Of a DNA stretch of 29,291 nucleotides, positions 1 to 10,028 are shown in pieces. The translations under genes and the position numbers were made by a program. A model generated the notes under the pieces. The model had not been told where the DNA came from and made no database searches. It was given only the letters and a program-made list of their open reading frames with translations. Source of the DNA: a virus (lineage: Duplodnaviria; Caudoviricetes); the IMG/VR virus record IMGVR_UViG_3300009435_000038, positions 1 through 29,291 of that record, one strand, 5' to 3'. Position 1 is the first letter of the stretch. Each line of letters begins with the position of its first letter.

Positions 1-329
1 GGCCCTTGGACTCCTGTGTTTCCTTGGTTGCCCTGCGGACCGGTTGGTCCTTGGACTCCGGTTGGACCTTGGACTCCTGTATTTCCTTGATTACCCTGTG
101 GGCCGTTTGGACCTTGGACACCTGTTGGACCTTGAGTTCCGGTTGGACCTTGAACGCCTTGATTACCTTGGTTACCCTGTGGTCCTGTTGGACCTTGTAT
201 ACCTTGTGGTCCTTGTACGCCTGTGTTACCCTGAGACCCTTGAGGTCCTTGTGGGCCTAGTGAGCCAACATTACCATCAGGTCCCTGTACTCCAGTAGGT
301 CCTTGAGAGCCTGTTGTTCCTTTGTCACC
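1..329 (-). repeat. Collagen Gly-X-Y block 2 (at least ~36 triplets, runs off the window)
   Basis: Same frame and same triplet vocabulary as block 1, starting at [13 protein letters not shown]. Confidence 0.93.
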
Positions 330-1634
330 AGTTCTTGCAAAAGTTACAACAACTTCTTCATTTTGTGAGAAAGGATTTGTCGTTGATGAATCAACAACTG
401 ATATATCAATTTTATGATATGATGCTGCATCAGTCTGTGCTGATATTGTGCCTAATATAAATTGTGATGCATCTGCTCTATTTGAAATTTTAACGTGACC
501 TTTAATAGTAGAAGTCGAATCATCTATTGTTACTAAATAATTTGATATGTCTTCACCGAAACCATCAGCATCATTAATATAAATTTTTGATGCAGCATTT
601 TGTGTTGAATTATTAAATTTTATATCGCCGTCAGGTGGACTAGTATCATTAGTATCTGTATTAAATTCATATGCGAATGTTGCACCACCAAAATTGCCTT
701 CAGGTCCTTGAACTCCAGTAGGTCCTTGTGAACCGGTATTTCCTTGGTTGCCTTGAGGACCTGTTGGGCCTTGGACACCTGTGTTTCCTTGATTACCTTG
801 AGGTCCAGTTGGGCCTTGAGTTCCGGTTGGTCCTTGAACACCTTGATTACCCTGGTTGCCTTGCGGCCCAGTGGGTCCCTGAACTCCTGTTGGTCCTTGA
901 GTTCCGGTTGGACCTTGCGGTCCGGTATTTCCTTGGTTACCTTGAGGTCCTGTCGGACCTTGAACGCCTGTTGGTCCTTGGACTCCAGTTGGACCTTGTA
1001 CACCTTGATTACCTTGGTTACCCTGTGGACCGTTTGGCCCTTGGACTCCAGTTGGACCTTGTACACCTATAGTTCCTTGTGGTCCTTGTGGTCCTGTTGA
1101 GATATTTGAAATTTGACTACCATCACCTAATAATAATCCGAAAGAACCAGTTGAGGCAGCTGAACCGCTTGCGCTACCATCTTTTGTGACTATAAATGTA
1201 TTATTTGAGTTTAATGCTTGTGTTGTGTTATTACCATTATTCTGTATGTATATACCACCACCGCCTGAGTTTGCCCAGGAATTCATGAAAAATCCTGCCC
1301 AAGTATTATTAGCTGTATTTGTATCTTTTACGAATAATGTGTAACTTTGATTTAGATTGGCTTGCCCACCTATAGCGGCTTTAGTTGTAATACTGCCTAC
1401 ACCAAATGAACCGGTTGATGTTAATGAACCGCTTATGTTTCCTGTTATCTCAATAGATCCTACTGTTTGTGAGTCTGTTGTAACAATTGTTTGGATAGTT
1501 GGAGAGCCATCATCTTTTTCAAAATAAATTTTACCGTCGGCAGTGTTTATTGCTAACTCACCGAGCCCTAATTGTGATGTTGTTGGAACGTTACCTGCTA
1601 CAGCAGAACGTCTTAATTTTATAATCTGCGCCAT
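1..1634 (-). CDS. Collagen-like fibre protein with an Mtd_N-like N-terminus (3'-truncated by the window edge; missing from the ORF track)
   Basis: Manual translation from ATG at 1634 gives [40 protein letters not shown]..., and the frame stays open to the window start. It has two Gly-X-Y blocks ([16 protein letters not shown]-type) separated by a ~120-aa non-collagen domain ([10 protein letters not shown]...[11 protein letters not shown]). AGGA lies upstream. Confidence 0.9.
   Translation of the reverse strand, partial: MAQIIKLRRSAVAGNVPTTSQLGLGELAINTADGKIYFEKDDGSPTIQTIVTTDSQTVGSIEITGNISGSLTSTGSFGVGSITTKAAIGGQANLNQSYTLFVKDTNTANNTWAGFFMNSWANSGGGGIYIQNNGNNTTQALNSNNTFIVTKDGSASGSAASTGSFGLLLGDGSQISNISTGPQGPQGTIGVQGPTGVQGPNGPQGNQGNQGVQGPTGVQGPTGVQGPTGPQGNQGNTGPQGPTGTQGPTGVQGPTGPQGNQGNQGVQGPTGTQGPTGPQGNQGNTGVQGPTGPQGNQGNTGSQGPTGVQGPEGNFGGATFAYEFNTDTNDTSPPDGDIKFNNSTQNAASKIYINDADGFGEDISNYLVTIDDSTSTIKGHVKISNRADASQFILGTISAQTDAASYHKIDISVVDSSTTNPFSQNEEVVVTFARTGDKGTTGSQGPTGVQGPDGNVGSLGPQGPQGSQGNTGVQGPQGIQGPTGPQGNQGNQGVQGPTGTQGPTGVQGPNGPQGNQGNTGVQGPTGVQGPTGPQGNQGNTGVQG
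696..1094 (-). repeat. Collagen Gly-X-Y block 1 (~44 triplets)
   Basis: 9-nt periodicity with Gly at every third codon; units [18 protein letters not shown]; locally GC-richer. Confidence 0.93.
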
Positions 1635-1679
1635 TATCTAATGGTCCTATTCATAGGGCATGTGCCCGAGTTTATAAAC

Positions 1680-1874
1680 TTACTTTACTACTTGATAGAG
1701 TCTTTTAACTCCATTAAAGAAATCTCTATAATCTTCTTTTACAAAGCCTAACTGCCGTTGTCCTTGCGAAAAGTCATCTTTTTTAGCTTCTCTATCTAGA
1801 GAATCTAATTCTTTTCCTAGTTCAGCTGTTTTCTTAATCCAGTTTCTTACTTTGTTTTTTAATTTTTTATCCAT
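1680..1874 (-). CDS. Small basic, probably helical hypothetical protein (64 aa)
   Basis: Start overlaps the upstream stop (TAATG at 1874), is preceded by GGAGG in the upstream gene's end, and fills the gap between two fibre genes. Confidence 0.7.
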   Translation of the reverse strand: MDKKLKNKVRNWIKKTAELGKELDSLDREAKKDDFSQGQRQLGFVKEDYRDFFNGVKRLYQVVK

Positions 1875-3841
1875 TAAAATGAGCCTCCGTCAATAATATT
1901 ACTTACTGTGAGATTGTTGGAGCTCTCATCATAGCCTATAATTCCACTGATAACATTGCTTGTTAAGTTGGATGTTAGATAACCAAACTGTGTATTGCTT
2001 TCATTTCTAAATGCAACTCTACTACCTAAATTACTTCCAGTTGCTTCTACAGCAGCACCAGCGCTTGTAAATATTGAACCTGTTACTTGAAGGCCTGCCT
2101 GTAAGTGTGTAATATTCGCAATGTCTACTGCTGTTCCGTCATCAGTAATATTTCCAGCTTCTATTCTGCCAGCATTATCAGCGATTAAAACTTTATTTTC
2201 TGTTAAATTACTGCCTGCTGCTTGCTCTGCAACTCTGTAGTGTGTGGATCCACTTATGCCTGCATACCAATAATCATTTGTAGCATTCCATAATAGAGAT
2301 CCAGTATGGGCAGTCCCTTCATTATCTACAACATTTAAACCACCATCACCAGTTGCTCCAAATGTATTTAATACTATTATGTTGTCGCCAATATCTACTG
2401 TACTTGAGCTGACAATTGTTTGTGTGCCTTTAACTGTTAAGTTTCCTGATAGAGTTAAATTTGCAAATGTTGGATTTGCAGCAGTTAATTCTGCAAAGTC
2501 TACAGCAAGTGAAGTTCCACCTCCACCTGAGATACCAGTACCTGCAATAGATGTTGCTAGAGCGTCTGCATCAATTCCGCCATCTTTTACCCTAATTGCT
2601 CCTGAACCGTTTGTTGCACTTAATTCTATTGTTGCATCGTCTACTGTTACTTCAATCTCATCTGCATTAGCTGTAATACCATCACCGCCAATAACATTAA
2701 TAACAGAGTTTGTTGCTGTCATACCTGTTCCGGCGAACAGTGTTGCTACATCTGCTATTGCTTCTTTTGCATGTGTACCGGTTGCTCCGCCGTCTAAGAA
2801 TAATATATAGTCGCCGTTTGCTATTGCAGCTTCACCAGCCTCTGTTAAATCGACGTCTATTGTAGGTGTCGCTCCCTCACCTGAATTATTTTGTAAGTCT
2901 ATTAATGCGCCTGCAGTTAATGATTCTACATAGTTACCTGTAGTGTCTGTGCTTAATGCTACTGAATTAGCTGCTATTGTAATGGCACCGCCAGCAGCAA
3001 TAGCAATATCTGAAGATGCTGCATTTATATTTGAGAAGATCTGATCTTCAAAATCACTAAATGTTATCTTTTTCTCAGTTCCGTTGTCTGAAAATACTAA
3101 GTGATCTTCAGTTTGGTGTACTGCAGTTCCTGCATCTAATCCGTCAATGTCCAAACCTGTAGCGGATACTCCAGTTATTCCACTACCATCACCTACAAAT
3201 GATCCACTAATTACTGAACCGCTTATAATACCTTTTGCATAGATATTTTTCCACTGTTGTGCAGTAGAACCTAAATCAAATGTATTATCTGTATTAGGAA
3301 TAATATTTGAATTTACATCACCGGTTAAGACGATATTGTCGTCTGCTGCAGAACCAAGTGTAATTGTTCCAGATGATCCACCTTCAAAAGTTACATTACC
3401 TACGGCATGTATGTTTCCTGATGCAGATATGTCTCCATCTACAAAAAGACTACCAAATGAACCTGTAGACGCTTGTGAACCACTTATATTTCCAGATGTT
3501 ATTAAGCTTCCTGTTATTGGAAAACCAGCTATGTTTGCTGTTAAATTTAATGTTTCGTTTCCACTTGTATGTAGCCTTACTAATTTGTAAGTCGCTGAAT
3601 CGTGGAATAATAAATTATTTAAAGATGAACCGATTGCACCTGAGTTAAGTGTAGGAACTGTTGCACCTTGATGTAGTCTACTAACAGGAAATCCTGCAGC
3701 GTTTGCACCATCACCTACGTGTAGTATAGGTGTCTCTAAACCTGATACCGAACCTGTGGATACACCAAGTTCTCCTTTTTGTAGAGTTACAGTTTTTAAC
3801 TCTTCTGCCGTTCCTCTTCTGTGTTTTATAATTTGCGCCAT
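1874..3841 (-). CDS. Fibre/virion structural protein with an Mtd_N-like N-terminus (655 aa)
   Basis: N-terminus MAQIIKHRRG...LQKGELGV; G/S/T/A-rich beta repeats; fibre motif IIPNTDNTFDLGS..QWKNIY; C-terminal IIDGGSF. Confidence 0.8.
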   Translation of the reverse strand: MAQIIKHRRGTAEELKTVTLQKGELGVSTGSVSGLETPILHVGDGANAAGFPVSRLHQGATVPTLNSGAIGSSLNNLLFHDSATYKLVRLHTSGNETLNLTANIAGFPITGSLITSGNISGSQASTGSFGSLFVDGDISASGNIHAVGNVTFEGGSSGTITLGSAADDNIVLTGDVNSNIIPNTDNTFDLGSTAQQWKNIYAKGIISGSVISGSFVGDGSGITGVSATGLDIDGLDAGTAVHQTEDHLVFSDNGTEKKITFSDFEDQIFSNINAASSDIAIAAGGAITIAANSVALSTDTTGNYVESLTAGALIDLQNNSGEGATPTIDVDLTEAGEAAIANGDYILFLDGGATGTHAKEAIADVATLFAGTGMTATNSVINVIGGDGITANADEIEVTVDDATIELSATNGSGAIRVKDGGIDADALATSIAGTGISGGGGTSLAVDFAELTAANPTFANLTLSGNLTVKGTQTIVSSSTVDIGDNIIVLNTFGATGDGGLNVVDNEGTAHTGSLLWNATNDYWYAGISGSTHYRVAEQAAGSNLTENKVLIADNAGRIEAGNITDDGTAVDIANITHLQAGLQVTGSIFTSAGAAVEATGSNLGSRVAFRNESNTQFGYLTSNLTSNVISGIIGYDESSNNLTVSNIIDGGSF

Positions 3842-3874
3842 TACTTTTTCCTAATTAATAGACATTCATCTTCG

Positions 3875-3886
3875 TTTATAAATATC
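3875..3886 (-). promoter_or_regulatory. Candidate late-promoter motif (sense GATATTTATAAA)
   Basis: Intergenic, ~35 nt upstream of ATG 3841; the same 12-mer occurs at 9930-9941. Confidence 0.55.
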
Positions 3887-3891
3887 GAGTA

Positions 3892-4872
3892 TTACTGAAA
3901 TCCGTCGCCTAAATCTATCACTCCTGCAAGATCTTTATTGCCTACGGTCCCTAAATTTTCTACAAAAATTGATGAGCTCCTAACAGCATCACCTACTTGT
4001 TGATCTACAATTCTCATAGCACCACTCACAATAAGTGATTCTTCACTAATATTCATGCTGTCTAATAGTGTCTGACCTTCAACAGTTAATGAGCCTGATA
4101 TTAAAACTGAACCTGTAAATTGGTGGCTATCATCAATTGTATCTCCAAACATTGTTGAGCCACTTGAAAATGAAGTTGTCATATATGTTATTGAAGATGA
4201 TACAATATAATTTTGAGCTGTAATGTCACCTGTTGCAGTTATATTTCCTTCAATTTCTAATCCTGTCCTTAGTGTTTTTCCAACATACTGGTATGCTGTC
4301 ATATAGACATATTGTGAGTCTGAAGGATCTACGCCGGAGCTATTGAACTGTAAGACACCTGTTTTATAATCAAAGACGTAATCATTTGATGATACTATGT
4401 CACCACCTGATAGTGATCCTGTGCTTGTTGTGGCTGACTTATAAACTATTACATTGTAACCAGGTGTGCTATCTTCTGTTGTTGCATTTGCGAGTGAAAC
4501 ATCAGAATATTTAGGTGATATAAAATTTGTCTTTTGGTTACTATTTATGAGCTGAGCGCCTACACCAGAGTCGCTGCCTTGTGGGTCTAAAAAGAACCAA
4601 GCTTCATTATTTAAATTTGATTTTGTAAGCTTCCATCTATAATAATACTTTACTATTTCTTCATCATTGACACTATACGACAACAAATTAGAAGAACTTC
4701 CGCTAAATGGAAGGCCTGTATTTGGAACCAAGTGTCCTTGTGTGTAAATCTCAGAAGACCTAAGATCTAATACTTCTGTGAATGCTTCTTGTGGGTCGTT
4801 TAATACATCATGTGTGTATCTTCTTGATCCTAGCAGTCGATTGGATTTTTTCTCTTTATCTAGTGTAGCCAT
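3892..4872 (-). CDS. Putative virion structural protein (326 aa)
   Basis: S/T/G-rich, in a structural context; motifs FDYKTGVLQF and SSGSTMFGDTIDDSHQFTGS; C-terminal IDLGDGF; SD GAGGT. Confidence 0.7.
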   Translation of the reverse strand: MATLDKEKKSNRLLGSRRYTHDVLNDPQEAFTEVLDLRSSEIYTQGHLVPNTGLPFSGSSSNLLSYSVNDEEIVKYYYRWKLTKSNLNNEAWFFLDPQGSDSGVGAQLINSNQKTNFISPKYSDVSLANATTEDSTPGYNVIVYKSATTSTGSLSGGDIVSSNDYVFDYKTGVLQFNSSGVDPSDSQYVYMTAYQYVGKTLRTGLEIEGNITATGDITAQNYIVSSSITYMTTSFSSGSTMFGDTIDDSHQFTGSVLISGSLTVEGQTLLDSMNISEESLIVSGAMRIVDQQVGDAVRSSSIFVENLGTVGNKDLAGVIDLGDGFQ

Positions 4873-4881
4873 TAATTACCT

Positions 4882-7800
4882 CTAGCTATAGCTCAGCGTT
4901 ATTGAAGTTACTGGTGACGGATCACCCTTATATCTAATTATTACATACAGCTCATTATCTGTATTATCTATAAACATTCCATCTGCATTTCTTAACGGAA
5001 GTGTGTAAGTTGTAGAGCTAATGCTGCCACCTGTATTTCCGTATAAATCTATATTGCTTGAAAACGGATTTTTATGATTATCAGAACTCACACCGCCTTC
5101 TATTAAATTACTAGTTGTTGCTGAAGGATCGTATATTCTGCATGTTGATATACTTGTGTTTCCTCCTGCGCTTGTTCCACTTTTTAAAATTAGTCCTACT
5201 GCAACGCCGTCACTTGTGCTATTCCAATTTACAAGTGTTTTACCAACATTAACTGTCATACTTGTTTTTGTTCCGGAAGAAGCTTGAAATCTTCTAATGT
5301 AATATTTGTATGTTCCACTACCAAAATTAGATGGGAACCAATATCCATAGTTTCCACCTGGATCCACCAAATAATTAGGCTTAACTTGTAAATCATAATT
5401 ACCTAAGACTGCATCACCTTCATCATTTGTTTGAAATGAATCTGTTGTAAAATATGCTCCATTAAATGCTGTTACGTTATCAGCAATTACAATTCTAAAA
5501 TCTTCACCTGTAAATGTTTCTGTAGTATCTTGCAGAGTATTAGAATCATATCCTTGTGCTCTGCTGTAAATTGCCATACTGCCGCTATCAGAATCTTGTC
5601 CGAATAGTGATGCGTCATAAAAGCTTATTGTCGAAGAATCATCAGTAGCAGATGAATTTTTCCAGTTTCTTCCTGTCGCTCTAAATTTTAAATTGTAATT
5701 TAGTGAGCTATTTCCACTTCTATTTTGAACAACATTTGTGCTATTGCTATCAAGTGAGAACGAAAATGAAGAACTAGCAACTGCAACATCGTCTATATCA
5801 GGTGTTTCTCCTGAATTGCGCTTCGTCGTAATAGTGCTATCAATTACATAATTTGTGGCTCCTGTTGATGAAACACCTGTGTTTGCTACTGTTGTAGTTG
5901 CATTCGATAAAGATGTGCTCCCTACATTATCCCATGTATCTGTAGTTAGACTATTTACTAATATATTAGAAGCATAGCCAAATCCTGGATCAAATGATTT
6001 TGATACTTCAGAATTAAATTTATATGAGTATGAAGTTGTTAAAAGATACGGAGCACCACTTAAACTTCTTGAAGTAGCTGAAAATGCTGATTGGGACGCA
6101 GCGCTGTCGACTCCAGCTGTTGGTGCACCTGTTGTAATATCTGTAGGAATATCTCCTGTATAAATATAAAATCTTGTCGATGAGTTACTTCCATTATTGT
6201 ATACAAAATCACTTTGACTTCCTGTTGCAATTCCTGCTTTTACGCCATGATAAGCATAATATCCAGATGCTGAAATGTTATTTGCTGCTGTGGCACCTGC
6301 TGTATATTTTCTAGCGCTTACAGCTCCTACAACACTTGTAAAATCACCATCTTGATATGCTGCAGGTATTACTGCTGGTTGCGCAGTATCTATTTTTGCT
6401 AAAATTAATCCGTCGCCAGAAGTTCCAAAAGAAGTTGTTGTGTAGTCTGCAACAGATGATGTTGTGAAAGTCGAGTTTTCATCAGGTGTTTGGTCATCAT
6501 ACGCATCACTAAAAGATTGTGTTGCTATAACTCTTACTTTATATTCAGTTGCACCGCCGCTAGTAAGACTGCCTAATCCGAAGTAGTTTGAATTACTACT
6601 TACAAGTGTAGAGCCTGCAGCGTTTCCAGAAAGTGTGTGACTAAATGTGCCAAATGTTCCTTGTGTTGTAATATTAGAAGAAGGTATTCTAGATGCATAA
6701 CTTCCGTGAAATGGATTTGTTCCTGCATCGTCATTATTAGTTCCTCTATCAGAAGACTGAACCCAGTTTTTGTGTTCTAAATAATCTAACACAGCTCTGT
6801 AAGATGCTGTTTCAGTTAAGTCAACATATGCTGATCCTGTCCAGCTAGTACTCAATCTCGCATTTTCATATGTAGAACCTAATACACCATTAAATAATGT
6901 ATTTTTAGATGATTCTGTTCCGTCTGAATATGTAGCTGTTACACTTCCGTAAGTTTTTGTATTTGGAGAAGCATCTGCAACATCAAGTGAATGACTTATA
7001 ACTCCTGCCATAAACCTTAATATTTCACTTACATGTGTTGTATTATCAAAATTATTAAAGTAACTACCGTCTAAGCTCTGTCCCCAATTATTTGATGTTG
7101 GGTAACCGTTTTGAATATTATTTGTAAATATTGCTGTTGATGATGTTGCTGATGAGATAACTTTTGCTGATCCTGTTATTTCAATATCACTCGTTGTATT
7201 TTGGCTAGAACCGGTTAACTGAAAAATACCTGATGTCATACCAGTAAGGAGTGAGCCATCACCTACGAATGATCCTGAGAATACTGAACCGCTTACAATT
7301 GTAAACGTTGGTGTTGATGATCCGGCGATGGTTATTGTTTCTGCATCAGATCCACCAAATACGAGAGTGTTAAAGCTCATATTTTGTCCAGCTTCTATTG
7401 TAAGGGGCTGAACAGAACCTCCTCCACCTCCTCCACCTTTTGCAATATTATTTATTACAGTAACTGTTTTTGCACCGTCTTCATCAACTCCTGCAATTGC
7501 TGATATGTTTATATCAGTACTGTCATTTAAAACTATTTGTTTTGGAGTTATAAATTTTTCTGTATTAACTGCAGTTGGCGGATATTCATCAGGCAATAAG
7601 TAACCGTTTAGTGTTAATGAAAATGTAGTCTTTATTTTTCTTGTAGATCCTTCATATTCACTTGCGTCTGAATAGTTATCAATCTTTGTTCTAAATCTAA
7701 ATTTTCCAGGATCACCCCAGTATGAACCTTCAGACCAATTAATCTTTTCTACAATATGATTCATATGATCTGTAAAATTTGTCCAAATTATAAAATCATA

Positions 7801-8265
7801 ACTTAATTCTACATAGTCAGGAACTGCTACAGAGAATATCTCTTTTTTAGGTGTAAGACCTCTTAATGCAGTTAATTTATCATATCTGTTTGCTTTTGAA
7901 TATTGGCTCTCATAATGAAGGTGTAATTTTGGATCCATTGGATCTATTTTATCAACAGGAATAGTTGTATCTTTTTGAAACCCTGTACGCCTGAAAGCTA
8001 TTATTGGCGCCATTACTTTCTTTTTTTGGTCTCTGACAAATCCTTGTTTTTGTACAGCTGCCCATCTTTCTGGATTTGCATATATTATAGGTACTTTTAC
8101 TTGCTCTCCATTTTCTTCAATGTAAGGTTTAATTACATTTTCAAAATAATAGAATATGGCAGAGTCCATATCCATTAAGCCGACTGACACACTTTTTGTC
8201 TTGTCGCCTAAACGCGATACTTGTCTTCCTCTATTATTTTCTACTATTGTTGGTTTTTCAGCCAT
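4882..8265 (-). CDS. T4 gp15-like tail-completion/terminator domain fused to a ~850-aa beta-rich structural domain (1127 aa)
   Basis: The first ~270 aa (VKVPIIYANPERW, APIIAFRR, VPDYVELSYDFIIWT, FSLTLNGYL) resemble gp15-like proteins and follow gp13/gp14-like genes. A Gly7 linker then leads into an S/T/G/N-rich region. Confidence 0.65.
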   Translation of the reverse strand: MAEKPTIVENNRGRQVSRLGDKTKSVSVGLMDMDSAIFYYFENVIKPYIEENGEQVKVPIIYANPERWAAVQKQGFVRDQKKKVMAPIIAFRRTGFQKDTTIPVDKIDPMDPKLHLHYESQYSKANRYDKLTALRGLTPKKEIFSVAVPDYVELSYDFIIWTNFTDHMNHIVEKINWSEGSYWGDPGKFRFRTKIDNYSDASEYEGSTRKIKTTFSLTLNGYLLPDEYPPTAVNTEKFITPKQIVLNDSTDINISAIAGVDEDGAKTVTVINNIAKGGGGGGGSVQPLTIEAGQNMSFNTLVFGGSDAETITIAGSSTPTFTIVSGSVFSGSFVGDGSLLTGMTSGIFQLTGSSQNTTSDIEITGSAKVISSATSSTAIFTNNIQNGYPTSNNWGQSLDGSYFNNFDNTTHVSEILRFMAGVISHSLDVADASPNTKTYGSVTATYSDGTESSKNTLFNGVLGSTYENARLSTSWTGSAYVDLTETASYRAVLDYLEHKNWVQSSDRGTNNDDAGTNPFHGSYASRIPSSNITTQGTFGTFSHTLSGNAAGSTLVSSNSNYFGLGSLTSGGATEYKVRVIATQSFSDAYDDQTPDENSTFTTSSVADYTTTSFGTSGDGLILAKIDTAQPAVIPAAYQDGDFTSVVGAVSARKYTAGATAANNISASGYYAYHGVKAGIATGSQSDFVYNNGSNSSTRFYIYTGDIPTDITTGAPTAGVDSAASQSAFSATSRSLSGAPYLLTTSYSYKFNSEVSKSFDPGFGYASNILVNSLTTDTWDNVGSTSLSNATTTVANTGVSSTGATNYVIDSTITTKRNSGETPDIDDVAVASSSFSFSLDSNSTNVVQNRSGNSSLNYNLKFRATGRNWKNSSATDDSSTISFYDASLFGQDSDSGSMAIYSRAQGYDSNTLQDTTETFTGEDFRIVIADNVTAFNGAYFTTDSFQTNDEGDAVLGNYDLQVKPNYLVDPGGNYGYWFPSNFGSGTYKYYIRRFQASSGTKTSMTVNVGKTLVNWNSTSDGVAVGLILKSGTSAGGNTSISTCRIYDPSATTSNLIEGGVSSDNHKNPFSSNIDLYGNTGGSISSTTYTLPLRNADGMFIDNTDNELYVIIRYKGDPSPVTSITLSYS

Positions 8266-8750
8266 TAATACCCTCTACTTCTTTTTAAACCAACTTTTGT
8301 TGGATCTGCAAGAAATGCGCTACAAACAACTGAATGATTATTTTCTTGCATTCCTGCTAGTAACTGGTTTTCATTTATTGTGGCAATCTCAAAGAAAGCA
8401 TAATTCCACTCAATTACGTCTCCTATATCAGGTACATAACTGGCGTCCTCTAACTGTTGTCTTAAGAAGGCGAAACTAGCGTTTTGATTAGCACTAGGTC
8501 CGAATTCATTTGTTTCAAAATCAAAATCGTCTGCAGTTATAAGACATGTCAGCTTAACACCATTTTGGTAACGTTTCCCTGAAGATGCTTCACCATATAA
8601 ATTTGTCTCTGTCTCGTAAACCGAAACTTTATACACTACTACTTCTTGATTTATGATACCAGACTTATCTGTCTGTGGATTGCCTAACAATTCTTTATTG
8701 ACAGTATCAAAAAACTCTAAATCTTTTGATCTTATAAACCGACCTGCCAT
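8265..8750 (-). CDS. Head-completion/neck protein (T4 gp14-like)
   Basis: Directly follows the neck gene; motifs TNLYGEA and PDIGDVIEW..FFEI. Confidence 0.6.
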   Translation of the reverse strand: MAGRFIRSKDLEFFDTVNKELLGNPQTDKSGIINQEVVVYKVSVYETETNLYGEASSGKRYQNGVKLTCLITADDFDFETNEFGPSANQNASFAFLRQQLEDASYVPDIGDVIEWNYAFFEIATINENQLLAGMQENNHSVVCSAFLADPTKVGLKRSRGY

Positions 8751-8754
8751 TTTA

Positions 8755-9903
8755 TTATCCTATATAAATGTTTAGGGGAACTTTATTGAGCTTCTCTTGC
8801 AGCCTAGTGCTTTCTTCACTATCTGCCTCCATCATCATTTTCCTGCTAGTCTGCTCTAGATTTTCTCTGAGCTGTTGTATTAATGCTTCTTTTTCAGCTG
8901 TCGCCTCTGCTCTTAATGTATCTCCATCCATAGTGACTTCAGAGTTAGGTATTGGTACTGTTCCAAACTTGCTTCTTATTGTTCCTAATAATTCTTTTGT
9001 GAGTGCTAACCCATATTTTCTTATCCATTGTTTACCAACATCATTGATATATTGATACTTCATATTATCATACGGTGCATTTGAATAATCTGATATTGGA
9101 TTTGGATCTGATCCTGATGGCATCGCCAATACGTTGTCTCTTTCTTCAGTGAGCACATAGTCAAAATAAAGTCTCGTGTTCTTCTCTGGGATTGGAAACA
9201 CTGTAAGCTTATTGTTAATTAATTTAAATGAATATGCTGATTTTCTTATTTGATCATTAAATTCTATTGCTTGCATTCTTAATAGATCTTCGAATACTGG
9301 CATTAAAACAAATGATACTGCTGGAGAATAGTCTCCAAAACCAAACCCATCTATAAAATTTGCTGTTCCGTATCCTGATGTTGAATATGGATCAAAAAAT
9401 TTGTTTATTGCTGGTGCTGCTTCATGATATATCTTCTTTATTTCAATTGCGCCTGATTCTGAAGCTGCAGCGTATAGTGTATTAAGGTCATACTCTTGAC
9501 TACCACTAGTTATATTAATACTTCCTTTTTTATAGTCAACATAGCCACCAACACCAGCTTCTGTGCCGTATTGTTGACTTAAGAATACTGCTCTTCCTAA
9601 TGTAGGTGTTACTCTTTTACCTGTCAGGCTAGAACCAGTAGACTGTCCTTGTAAGTGTAATAAATTATCTCTTATATTATATTGGTTGACTTGTGCAGAA
9701 TATTCTGTAACAGACTCTTCAAAACATGCGTAAAAAGAACCTGATTGTAATTCTACATCAATAATAGGGTAACCTAATCTTCTTGCTGCCCAATCTGCAA
9801 AATTATCAGCAGAAGATGTAAATTCGCTATCTGTGTCATAAAAACCGTAAGGAGTTTGGCCTGCACCGAAAGTGCTACTACCTTCCCAAATTGTTACTGA
9901 CAT
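8755..9903 (-). CDS. Neck/head-tail adaptor protein (T4 gp13-like)
   Basis: Motifs RRLGYPIIDVEL, WIRKYGLALTKELLG..RSKF, MDGDTLRAEA..EKEAL and terminal IYIG; first gene after the capsid terminator; SD GGAG. Confidence 0.8.
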   Translation of the reverse strand: MSVTIWEGSSTFGAGQTPYGFYDTDSEFTSSADNFADWAARRLGYPIIDVELQSGSFYACFEESVTEYSAQVNQYNIRDNLLHLQGQSTGSSLTGKRVTPTLGRAVFLSQQYGTEAGVGGYVDYKKGSINITSGSQEYDLNTLYAAASESGAIEIKKIYHEAAPAINKFFDPYSTSGYGTANFIDGFGFGDYSPAVSFVLMPVFEDLLRMQAIEFNDQIRKSAYSFKLINNKLTVFPIPEKNTRLYFDYVLTEERDNVLAMPSGSDPNPISDYSNAPYDNMKYQYINDVGKQWIRKYGLALTKELLGTIRSKFGTVPIPNSEVTMDGDTLRAEATAEKEALIQQLRENLEQTSRKMMMEADSEESTRLQEKLNKVPLNIYIG

Positions 9904-9929
9904 TACATTCTCCAGTTAGAAACGTTTCA

Positions 9930-9941
9930 TTTATAAATATC
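9930..9941 (-). promoter_or_regulatory. Candidate late-promoter motif (sense GATATTTATAAA)
   Basis: Lies between the MCP terminator and the neck gene start, where a new promoter would be needed; identical to 3875-3886. Confidence 0.6.
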
Positions 9942-9967
9942 AAGATTTGAACAATATTGGAGGAAAT

Positions 9968-10003
9968 AAAAAAAGGGCTCCCAAAAAAATTAGGAGCCCT
10001 TTT
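9968..10003 (-). terminator. Intrinsic terminator after the major capsid gene
   Basis: GGGCTCC (9975-9981) / GGAGCCC (9993-9999) stem, flanked by A7 on plus (U-tract on minus) and T4 on the other side, so possibly bidirectional. Confidence 0.9.
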
Positions 10004-10028
10004 ATATGATGTTCTAAATTAATCTAGT

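Noticed and set aside
6-1100. ORFs 6-260, 44-298, 620-1066, 728-1072 and 744-1100
   Set aside because: They are alternative-frame or antisense shadows of the collagen repeat; the real frame is the Gly-X-Y ORF starting at 1634.
1656-1680. GGGC-ATGT-GCCC mini-hairpin and TTTATAAACT upstream of the collagen gene
   Set aside because: The stem is only 4-5 bp with no U-tract, and the promoter-motif match is partial; too weak to call.
1-3841. Diversity-generating retroelement suggested by Mtd_N-like N-termini
   Set aside because: No reverse transcriptase or adenine-specific TR/VR repeat pair is seen in the window.
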